Shown here in pieces: positions 56,909 to 64,000 of a stretch of 64,000 nucleotides of DNA. Made by a program: the position numbers and the translations under genes. The notes below the pieces were generated by a model that did not search any database, was not told the DNA's origin, and was given only the letters and a program-made list of their open reading frames with translations. The stretch is from an uncultured bacterium (GTDB lineage Bacteria > Patescibacteriota > Minisyncoccia > UBA6257 > 2-01-FULL-56-20): positions 363,989 through 427,988 of the forward strand of contig CAVOJZ010000002.1 in the NCBI GenBank assembly GCA_963696395.1. Direction: 5' to 3'. The first letter of the stretch is position 1; every line of letters starts with the position of its first letter.

Positions 56909-57162
56909 CGGGCATCTTTCGGCAAACGTATTGTTTCTAGTCTAAAGGTCGCCCAAACCAACACAATTTTGGCATATGTGGCAACACTGGATTAACTTCA
57001 TACTTGGCCTTTTGGTTATCATTTTCGCCTATACCGGCGCTGGAACCACGACGTTTGTAATTCTTGGCGTGCTTGTCGTTCTCTTTGCGTTGTGGGGAGG
57101 ATTTTCCCGATCGCCGTCCACCATGACGCGAACCTGATTCGCTGATGTTCGCTAATGCGACG

Positions 57163-57870
57163 TTAGTGCGAGACGGGTGTACCCGATGCGGCGGCAACAG
57201 CCTGGTCCAATACCGTGGCGAAGTCCGAATAGCTTGCAGGGTTCTGGATCTGGGTCAGATTAACGAAGTAGGTCGGCGTATGGTCAATCTGCGCCGAGTT
57301 GCCGCCGGCCACATCGGCCTGAATTTTATTGAGCACGGCATTCGAGCTGATGTCCTGGTTGAATTTATTTACATCGAGCCCAAGCGATTGAGCGTAGCCG
57401 TCGAAAAATTTTGAAACGACTTGATCGGGGCTTGTTGAAGACCAGTCATTTTGTTTTTCATAGAGAAGATTATTCATCTGCCAATATTTTCCCTGAAGGC
57501 CGGCTGCTTCAGCTGCCTGGGCGGAAATGCCCGCATCTGGATGCACCTGATACAACGGATAGTTTCTGAAGACGAATAAAACGGTTGAGCTGTAATTCGA
57601 TATTATCTGCTGGACGATCGGGAAGTAGGCGCCGCAGGCCGGACATTCGAAATCTCCGTATTCCACGAGCGACACCTTGGCTTTTGGATTGCCTTCCTGC
57701 CAATCGGCGCCGGTTATTGCCGGAACGGTCGTCGCGGTGAACGTTCCGGACGACGAAGTCGAGGACGAACCCGATGAATAGATGCCCGCGATGACGAGCC
57801 CTCCGATGATGAGAACGACGAAGCCGACGATGAACCAGATTGTTGTTTTATTGGTTTCTGTATTGGCCAT
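57163..57870 (-). CDS. DsbA-like thiol:disulfide oxidoreductase with N-terminal TM anchor (second copy)
   Basis: EYGDFECPACGAYF...LVFRNYPL follows the same CxxC thioredoxin-fold pattern as the gene at the window start. Confidence 0.7.
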   Translation of the reverse strand: MANTETNKTTIWFIVGFVVLIIGGLVIAGIYSSGSSSTSSSGTFTATTVPAITGADWQEGNPKAKVSLVEYGDFECPACGAYFPIVQQIISNYSSTVLFVFRNYPLYQVHPDAGISAQAAEAAGLQGKYWQMNNLLYEKQNDWSSTSPDQVVSKFFDGYAQSLGLDVNKFNQDISSNAVLNKIQADVAGGNSAQIDHTPTYFVNLTQIQNPASYSDFATVLDQAVAAASGTPVSH

Positions 57871-57941
57871 TGCCTTATTATAAGGCACCCACGAAACAAA
57901 GCAAAATTTTTTCCGTATAGTATAAAACGCAACGAACATCC

Positions 57942-59192
57942 ATGCAGGAACAACAAAAAACTATATTCATTTTGGGGGGTGATGGCTATCTTGGCTGGAG
58001 CCTCGGCCTTGGTTTTGCAAACCGCACCGACCTTCGCGTCGTCCTCGTGGACAATCTCATCAAGCGGACATGGGAGAAAAATGTCGGCGCCAAACTGCTT
58101 GTCCCGCTCGCGAAGCCCTCAAAACGCATCGCCGAATACAAAAATATTTTCGGCAAAACGAACCTCACTTTTGAGAAACTTGATCTGCTCAACGCAGACG
58201 CCATCGTTTCGCTTATAAAAAAATATCGCCCGTTCGCAATCATAAATGCAGCTCAACAGCCATCTGCACCTTTTTCGATGATGAACGCAAAGGGAGCCGC
58301 AGCAACTTTCACCAATAATATTGTCGGGCACGTAAACACCATCTGGGCAATTACGGAAATCGATCGGGACATTCTTTACCTTAAACTCGGATCCGCGGGC
58401 TGCTATTCAAGTATCGACACCGAATACGTGCCGCTCTCTAAAAAAGACTTTGAATTCAATCACAACGGGGCGATCAAAAAAATCGCGAACAGCTGGCTGC
58501 CGATGCATGCCCATGATTTTTACCATCAATCAAAAATTGCGGACTTCCTCATTGACGATCTCGCAAGCGACGTTTGGAAGCTGAAGATTGTCACCGTACA
58601 ACAGGCAACCATCTATGGCGCAACAATCGCCGAAAACGAACCAGTGGAACACGAAAGCCTCGTAACCCGGTTCAATTATGATGAAACCTTCGGCACCGTC
58701 ATCAACCGGTTCGTATGCCAGATCGCAATCGACCATCCGCTCACCGTTTACGGGGACGGCGAACAGCGCACCGGAGTCATCAGCCTGTCCGATACCATCG
58801 ATAATTTTATGAAGTTTTCGACTATGGATGTCGCACGGGGGGAACATGCCGTCGTCCATAACGTCACGGATCGCCTCACCATAAAGGAAATTGTGGAGAT
58901 GCTACAAAAGGCAAGCGGATTTTCAAGGATCTCGTTTATAGATAACCCGCGCAAAGAAATGAATGGCGCCCTCAAACGTGAAGTTGAGCGGCATGTCCTC
59001 CTTGGCGCTCCTCACGTTGCCGAACGGGAACTTGCCTCACTCCTCGCTTTTGCAGAGCGCTACAAAGAAAATATCGACCCGTCGCTTATCATGCCAAAGG
59101 TCAAGTGGGAGCGCGCAGCGGTTTTGCCCACAAAGCCTCCGGCCAAGGCCGGAAAGCCGTCGACAATATTTGAAGAAGCCGTATCGCTCTAA
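57942..59192 (+). CDS. sqdB: UDP-sulfoquinovose synthase family (SQD1/SqdB/Agl3-like SDR)
   Basis: ILGGDGYLGWSLG...VDNLIKR...QQPSAPFSM...NNIVGHVN...YLKLGSAGCYS...FYHQSKI...QATIYG...FNYDETFGTVINRFVCQIAIDHPLTVYGDGEQRTG...IMPKVKWER aligns motif-for-motif with plant SQD1 ([73 protein letters not shown]). Confidence 0.75.
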   Translation: MQEQQKTIFILGGDGYLGWSLGLGFANRTDLRVVLVDNLIKRTWEKNVGAKLLVPLAKPSKRIAEYKNIFGKTNLTFEKLDLLNADAIVSLIKKYRPFAIINAAQQPSAPFSMMNAKGAAATFTNNIVGHVNTIWAITEIDRDILYLKLGSAGCYSSIDTEYVPLSKKDFEFNHNGAIKKIANSWLPMHAHDFYHQSKIADFLIDDLASDVWKLKIVTVQQATIYGATIAENEPVEHESLVTRFNYDETFGTVINRFVCQIAIDHPLTVYGDGEQRTGVISLSDTIDNFMKFSTMDVARGEHAVVHNVTDRLTIKEIVEMLQKASGFSRISFIDNPRKEMNGALKREVERHVLLGAPHVAERELASLLAFAERYKENIDPSLIMPKVKWERAAVLPTKPPAKAGKPSTIFEEAVSL

Positions 59193-59204
59193 TCCCCATC
59201 ATCC

Positions 59205-60353
59205 ATGCCTGCGCCAAGAAAAAAATCAATCCCTTTTTATTATGCGACGGTGGCTCCCCTTTCGGATGCCGCCTACGCAGCAGGACACGAATATCTTGAA
59301 ATGTACCGTGAAATTGGTTCACCGGAAATTCTTTTTGAGTACGAACACCGCCGGCGGACAGTGGAAAATGTCGCCGCGGAAGGCGCGAAGCTTCTGAACT
59401 GCGGCGTCGACGAAATAACGTTCATCCCAAACACCACCTACGGCATCAATGTCGCGAGCCATGCATTGCCGTTGAAGGAAGGTGATGAAATTATTGTCCA
59501 AACATCCGAATATAAGAGCAATTATTGGCCGTGGATCAAGAAGAAGGAGTGCGACGGTTGTGTCGTCCGTGAAATTGAAGCCCGCGATAACGCGGAAGGG
59601 TTCGAAAACCTTCTCGCCGCAATCAATCCTCGAACAAAAATAGTTGCCGTTTCGTGGATACAATATTATGACGGGTATATCACGGATCTCGAGCGGCTCT
59701 CGCGCGCATGCCGCGAGAACGGGGCGCTTCTTGTCGTTGACGCGGTACAGGGAATCGGCGTGCGAAAGCTTGACCTCAAAAAAATCCACATCGATATTCT
59801 TGCGGCCGGGGGTCAAAAATATTTATGCGCGGGCAGTGGCGGCGGCCTTCTTTATATCAACCGCACCATCCTGCCGATGCTCTGCGATACTTTCGTCGGC
59901 ATTCGAAGCATCTGTCCGTCATCGTCCGCCAATGAATATAAGCTCAAAGCGAGTGCGGAGCGATTCCAGACAGGAACCATCGACATGCAAGCGGCAGTCC
60001 AGCTTCATGCCGCCCTTAAAGAAACGAACAGGGTGGGCATAAAAGCGATCGAATCAAAAAATATCACACTCCTTACAGCGTTCAAAAAACTATTGCACGA
60101 CAACCACATTCCTTTCATCGATCATGGCAAAAAACAAGGCAACATCATCTCCCTCACATTGCCCGATCCAAAAAACCTTGTGGAATTTCTCGCCAAAGAC
60201 CGCATTTATATCAAATGCGTCAACGACGTCGCACGCATCTCGTTTAATTACACTACAAGCGTCAGCGACTTCGAGGAACTCGTCGCAAAAATCCGGGAAT
60301 ACAACATCACCCTACCGCACGCTCTCGTAGCCCCCGCGCACGCCACGCTTTGA
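59205..60353 (+). CDS. class-V aminotransferase / cysteine-desulfurase-like PLP-dependent enzyme
   Basis: AAGGQKYLCAGSGGG is a PLP-lysine region. The overall fold-type I layout and length are consistent. Confidence 0.55.
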   Translation: MPAPRKKSIPFYYATVAPLSDAAYAAGHEYLEMYREIGSPEILFEYEHRRRTVENVAAEGAKLLNCGVDEITFIPNTTYGINVASHALPLKEGDEIIVQTSEYKSNYWPWIKKKECDGCVVREIEARDNAEGFENLLAAINPRTKIVAVSWIQYYDGYITDLERLSRACRENGALLVVDAVQGIGVRKLDLKKIHIDILAAGGQKYLCAGSGGGLLYINRTILPMLCDTFVGIRSICPSSSANEYKLKASAERFQTGTIDMQAAVQLHAALKETNRVGIKAIESKNITLLTAFKKLLHDNHIPFIDHGKKQGNIISLTLPDPKNLVEFLAKDRIYIKCVNDVARISFNYTTSVSDFEELVAKIREYNITLPHALVAPAHATL

Positions 60354-61451
60354 AAGAACGATCTGCCATAGCTGGTTGGTCCTCGCACGAAATGATCCGG
60401 CGCTTGAAAGAAGATAAAATCGCCACATCCTATGGAACACCTCGCCGTAATGCCCGGCGATTTCCGGCCAGTGTTTTTCGAAGTTTGCGGCCCAGGCCAT
60501 GAGCGTCTTATCGTAATCCGCCCCAAAGTTATGCCAGTCCTCCATCACAAACACGTTCTCGATATTCTTCCCGATAAACGCCACCGACGGGAGCATACCG
60601 TTCGGAAAAATATATTTGTGCATCCAAGGTTCCGTGTGAATCAGCGAACTGTTCGTGCCGATCGTATGCAAAAGAAATAGCCCGCCATCGCACAAGTGGT
60701 CGCTTACCGTCTTAAAATAGGTCCGATAATTTTTGTGGCCGACATGCTCGAACATGCCGAGCGAAACAATATGGTCAAACACCCCTTCGATTTCCCGATA
60801 ATCCTGCAGGCGTAATTCAACAGACAGGCCCTCGCACATCTTCCTCCCGAGCGCGACCTGCTCTTTTGAAACGGTCACCCCGACGACATTCGCCTTGTAT
60901 CGCTCTGCGGCAAATTTTGCAAAGCTTCCCCATCCGCAACCAATATCGAGGACTTTCTGTCCGGGCTGTATGCGAAGTTTACGACAGACGAGGTTGAGTT
61001 TCGCCTCCTGCGCGGCATCAAGATTCTGCGGATTGTTATCCAGACCATGCCAATAGCCGCAGGTGTAAGTCATTCGGCGGTCGAGCATGCCTTTAAAAAG
61101 ATCATTTCCCGCATCGTAATGCCGCTCGCCGATTTCGAAGGCGCGCGACCTGGCTCCGAAATTCGTAAGGAGCGCCTCGAGCGCGATGAGCACATTGCCG
61201 GGCGTGAGCTTTATCCTGCCTTGGAGATTGGCCGAAAAAATTCTTTCGATAAGTTCGTCGAGAGCGGCACAGTCCCACCATCCGGCCATGTAAGCCTCCC
61301 CGAATGCAAGCGATCCGCCACGAATCACGGCTCGGTAAAAGCGCTCATCATAAACCAGAATATCCCATGCCCGCCCCGCATCGCCCGTCGGATTTACGCG
61401 GATGTCCACCTCTGCAAGCAATTTCTCTATCGCCGCCTTCGCACGATCCAT
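60312..61451 (-). CDS. cfa: cyclopropane-fatty-acyl-phospholipid synthase family SAM methyltransferase
   Basis: VLDIGCGWGSFAKFAAERYKANVVGVTVSKEQ and the length and layout of CFA/mycolic-acid cyclopropane synthases. Confidence 0.75.
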   Translation of the reverse strand: MDRAKAAIEKLLAEVDIRVNPTGDAGRAWDILVYDERFYRAVIRGGSLAFGEAYMAGWWDCAALDELIERIFSANLQGRIKLTPGNVLIALEALLTNFGARSRAFEIGERHYDAGNDLFKGMLDRRMTYTCGYWHGLDNNPQNLDAAQEAKLNLVCRKLRIQPGQKVLDIGCGWGSFAKFAAERYKANVVGVTVSKEQVALGRKMCEGLSVELRLQDYREIEGVFDHIVSLGMFEHVGHKNYRTYFKTVSDHLCDGGLFLLHTIGTNSSLIHTEPWMHKYIFPNGMLPSVAFIGKNIENVFVMEDWHNFGADYDKTLMAWAANFEKHWPEIAGHYGEVFHRMWRFYLLSSAGSFRARTNQLWQIVLSKRGVRGGYESVR

Positions 61452-61522
61452 AGAACTATGATAAGACGATATTTTTAAAGCAACAACCGATAAAAAAACG
61501 GAGCATATGTTCGGCGGCTTGC

Positions 61523-62140
61523 CTACGATATGCTCCTTAATTGCTTTACCTCCTCAATCAGTATCTCCACTTCGTGCGTAAACGTTTCGGCCGTGACCTT
61601 CATTTCTGTCAGCTGAGCTAGCATTGATTCCAGCCTGGCGCGGCTCACGACCACCCGGACTATCTGCTTGGTTTCCGGTGGTGGTGTGGCTGGTGCTTGT
61701 GCTGGTGGCGGTGGCGGTGTTTCCGGTGCCGGCTGAACCAACTCCACTTGCACTGGAACCGATTCAGTTGCCGGTCTCGGCTCCGGATCGATTTCCGCCG
61801 GTTCAATTTCTTCGGCTTTCCTGAAATCTCCTTTCAGCAATCGCAAAACTGTCGGCTCAAACTCCGGTGGACTATTAACGCAGAAGCTGACAACCTTCCA
61901 GCCGTCCGGTCCGCGCATCTTTGCGATGTCGGCTTCCAGTTTCAGCCTTGCATTTCTCTCGATGCCCTTGCGACACCAGACGACCGCGCGTATGCGACTG
62001 AGGCTGCTCAGAATCCCATGGGCCTGTTTAATGCTCAGCCATCGCAATCGCGGATCTTTGCCTATCGTTGGGTCAGTCATGTCGTCCCGGTCGGCTTCGA
62101 CGAGGACGATAGAAAGCTTTTCAAGTTCTACAATGCTCAT
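61523..62140 (-). CDS. hypothetical protein: N-terminal domain weakly reminiscent of DUF559/Vsr-like endonuclease fold, Pro-rich linker, C-terminal coiled segment
   Basis: ...RIRAVVWCRKGIERNARLKLEADIAKMRGPDGWKVVSF..., then PETPPPPPAQAPATPPPE. No confident family. Confidence 0.25.
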   Translation of the reverse strand: MSIVELEKLSIVLVEADRDDMTDPTIGKDPRLRWLSIKQAHGILSSLSRIRAVVWCRKGIERNARLKLEADIAKMRGPDGWKVVSFCVNSPPEFEPTVLRLLKGDFRKAEEIEPAEIDPEPRPATESVPVQVELVQPAPETPPPPPAQAPATPPPETKQIVRVVVSRARLESMLAQLTEMKVTAETFTHEVEILIEEVKQLRSIS

Positions 62141-62168
62141 ATCGTCCTCCTCTGGTTAGCTTCGGATG

Positions 62169-62402
62169 TTAATAGGAACAACGGAGATGAATTTTTACGG
62201 ACAACCCTTGAGTGCTCAGTGCGGCATCAACGACGTTGATGTTGATCCAAATATGTCCCGTTCGCTGCGCGTTGACTTCTGCGGCAAAGGCGTTCGCTTG
62301 ATCCTGGGTGACTTTTTCCTCGAGGAAAACGGTTTTCTGTTCCCCTTGTTTGGCGTTGGCGCACCACAGGCGAAGATCCTCCAGCTTCTTTAGGAACTGC
62401 AT
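62169..62402 (-). CDS. small hypothetical protein
   Basis: 77 aa from the ATG at 62402, with no motif. Confidence 0.25.
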   Translation of the reverse strand: MQFLKKLEDLRLWCANAKQGEQKTVFLEEKVTQDQANAFAAEVNAQRTGHIWININVVDAALSTQGLSVKIHLRCSY

Positions 62403-62501
62403 GTTCTCTCCACAATTCAAGATGTCCTGCTACCCAAAATGTGCCACAAGGCATACTTGTCTGTCAAATAAAAAATGAGGGGAACTATATACAAAACTAC
62501 C

Positions 62502-62750
62502 CTAGGGCTTAAAAATAAGGATCGCGACTAAAATGACCGCTATTATTATTAAAGCCGTTTTTATTTGTCCTAGAGTATGATTGACCTCGTCCCTCATTTC
62601 GCTCACCTCTCTGTTTAATTCTTTGGCGAGATGCACGGGATCATTGTAAGCATCGAAATTAAACTTATCTTCGATTGTTACGTGCTCACCGCGTGCTTCC
62701 TTAGCCGCTGATTCTTTAAACTTCTGACTTAAGCTCTTCTCGATTCTCAT
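62502..62750 (-). CDS. small hypothetical protein with C-terminal TM helix (tail-anchored)
   Basis: 82 aa with a C-terminal LIIIAVILVAILIF. Confidence 0.25.
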   Translation of the reverse strand: MRIEKSLSQKFKESAAKEARGEHVTIEDKFNFDAYNDPVHLAKELNREVSEMRDEVNHTLGQIKTALIIIAVILVAILIFKP

Positions 62751-62789
62751 GGCTTCAGTATATCACTTGCCGCGCCGAAACTTCGAAAT

Positions 62790-62880
62790 GCCGTGGGTAC
62801 AGGATTCGAACCTGCGTAGCCGCTAAAACGCCGCTATCTCGTCCCTAAGACGAGTGCGTTCAACCCCTCCGCCAACCCAC
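62790..62880 (-). tRNA. tRNA-Leu-like (anticodon UAG), unusually long (~91 nt) with ~22-nt variable region
   Basis: Manual fold of the reverse complement: acceptor CGTGGGT/ACCCACG perfect, TG, D-stem GCG/CGC, anticodon stem CTCGT/ACGAG with loop CTTAGGG, T-arm GCAGG-TTCGAAT-CCTGT, discriminator G. No CCA is encoded. Confidence 0.55.
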
Positions 62881-63053
62881 GGTTATTTCTGTTTCTTTCC
62901 TTTCTTGCGCTTCTTGCCTTCGGGAGAGGCGTTGAGCAATCGGTAAATGTTTAGAAAGAGTTAAACAATATTATTTCTAATCGTATAAAAAAGGCGCACG
63001 ACCGTCATATACTATGACGCGTACGCCTTTGCTAAAGTTTCCCTCTTGAGGGG

Positions 63054-63485
63054 TTAACGAAGTTCGTATGGCAGATCGCCGACTGGTTCGAAATCTGCCG
63101 GAATGTCAGCGGGCGGTTCAAATGTGTAGGGCTTGGCGCTACTTCCCAGCATGAGCGTTCCCGCCATCCCATAAGCGCGATGAGCGATTCCCGCCGGAAC
63201 AAGAAGGATCCACCCTGCCTTCATGACAAATCGCTCCTTTTCGTCGGCTTCGCGATCCCAAAGATCGAAGGTAACCTCGCCGCGAACAACAAAATACAGT
63301 TCTGCGTAGGCGTGGAAATGACCCTGCTTCCCGAGAAAATCATTTTGGTGCAGCTCGAGAAGTTTTATTTGCTCCGCCGTGTAGCCGTTCAGATCGGGAT
63401 CTCCATTGCAGATACCGAACAGGGTTCGCTGCGGGCGCTTGTTGGTTAAATTTGGATCAGATTCACGACAGACAACTCCGCGCAT
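63054..63485 (-). CDS. cupin-domain protein
   Basis: HAYAELYFVVRGEVTF...LLVPAGIAHRA is a two-motif cupin signature. Confidence 0.55.
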   Translation of the reverse strand: MRGVVCRESDPNLTNKRPQRTLFGICNGDPDLNGYTAEQIKLLELHQNDFLGKQGHFHAYAELYFVVRGEVTFDLWDREADEKERFVMKAGWILLVPAGIAHRAYGMAGTLMLGSSAKPYTFEPPADIPADFEPVGDLPYELR

Positions 63486-63643
63486 TGATTTAACCTCCTA
63501 TTGCCAAAGTTCTAAATGCTCACAAAGTATAGCGAAATTAATCAATTCTGTCAAATATGTGGACGCGAATTCAATCTTGAAATGCAACATCTCCGCGGGT
63601 GAGAATATCGGTACGTCGAATACCAAAAACCCACATAACGGAG

Positions 63644-64000
63644 ATGTCGCACTCGCATTTTACGCGCGACGACCGTGTCGCGCTAGCCCACCTGCTCTTG
63701 GTGGGCAAAACACAGTCATGGATCGCGGACCGGCTTGGCAAGAGTCCGGGTACAATCAGTCGGGAGATCAGGAGGAACCGTGATGATGACGGCGTATATC
63801 GCGGCGGCAGCGCCCATCACAAGACACAATACCGAAGGTTTGCTGCCAAAGAACCGTCGCAGAAATTGAAGCATGATCGAACGCTCCGCCGCCATGTCAT
63901 GCGAAAACTCAAGCACTATTGGTCGCCCGAACAGATCGCGGGACGTTTGCAGCGAATGACGAAACACACCGTCGTCTCCCATGAGACGATTTACCAGTTC
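63644..64000 (+). mobile_element. IS30-family transposase, N-terminal part (runs off window end); left end of the IS lies somewhere in 63486-63643
   Basis: Manual translation from the ATG at 63644 (GGAG Shine-Dalgarno upstream): MSHSHFTRDDRVALAHLLLVGKTQSWIADRLGKSPGTISREIRRNRDD...YWSPEQIAGRLQRM...SHETIYQF. This matches the IS30 transposase N-terminal HTH regions (cf. LTLSEREEI..., SPSTISREVQRNRG..., KWSPEQISG..., ETIYK). There is no stop in the window, so it is absent from the ORF track. Confidence 0.75.

Overview
This 64-kb bacterial window is gene-dense, with many short overlaps and operons, and has three parts. Positions 1-3.2 kb hold a truncated DsbA-like gene, a PAP2_C/sphingomyelin-synthase-like membrane protein, a clan GH-A glycoside hydrolase and a DedA protein. 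Positions ~3.2-39.2 kb are a ~36-kb cell-surface glycan biosynthesis island. The island has an initiating polyprenyl-phosphate sugar phosphotransferase, two paralogous Wzx flippases and a Wzy/O-antigen-ligase-like protein. It has at least seven GT2 and two GT11 (alpha-1,2-fucosyltransferase-like) glycosyltransferases. It carries a complete GDP-D-glycero-alpha-D-manno-heptose pathway (GmhA, HddA, fused HddC-GmhB) with RmlC-like epimerase and reductase partners, plus GDP-fucose synthesis (Gmd, Fcl). It also has a TPP-dependent ALS-like enzyme paired with an SDR reductase (YerE/YerF-like), a TylCIII-like sugar C-methyltransferase, an FkbM methyltransferase, an aldo-keto reductase, several NAD-dependent epimerases, an intact inositol-monophosphatase-family gene and a frameshifted copy. 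Positions 39-57 kb are housekeeping: RNase Y, gpmI, a holin-like DUF360 protein, secG, a family-5 solute-binding protein, tRNA-Leu(CAG), RNase J, trpS, ileS, argS, smpB, uppP, small membrane proteins and a second DsbA-like gene. After these come an SQD1/SqdB-like UDP-sulfoquinovose synthase with a class-V PLP enzyme, a CFA-synthase-family methyltransferase, three small hypothetical genes, a tRNA-Leu(UAG), a cupin, and the 5' end of an IS30-family transposase at the window edge. The most unusual item is the isoleucyl-tRNA synthetase. It carries a complete, motif-intact histidine-phosphatase (PGAM-like) domain inserted between two CxxC halves of a zinc knuckle in its catalytic core. Other notable items are two long nested inverted-repeat elements in the 3' regions of gpmI and rnj, consensus -10 boxes 5-9 nt upstream of several start codons, and a terminator-bracketed leader or sRNA candidate upstream of uppP. 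The organism is unknown; an RNase J/RNase Y pair and a DUF360 holin-like protein are not enough to assign it.
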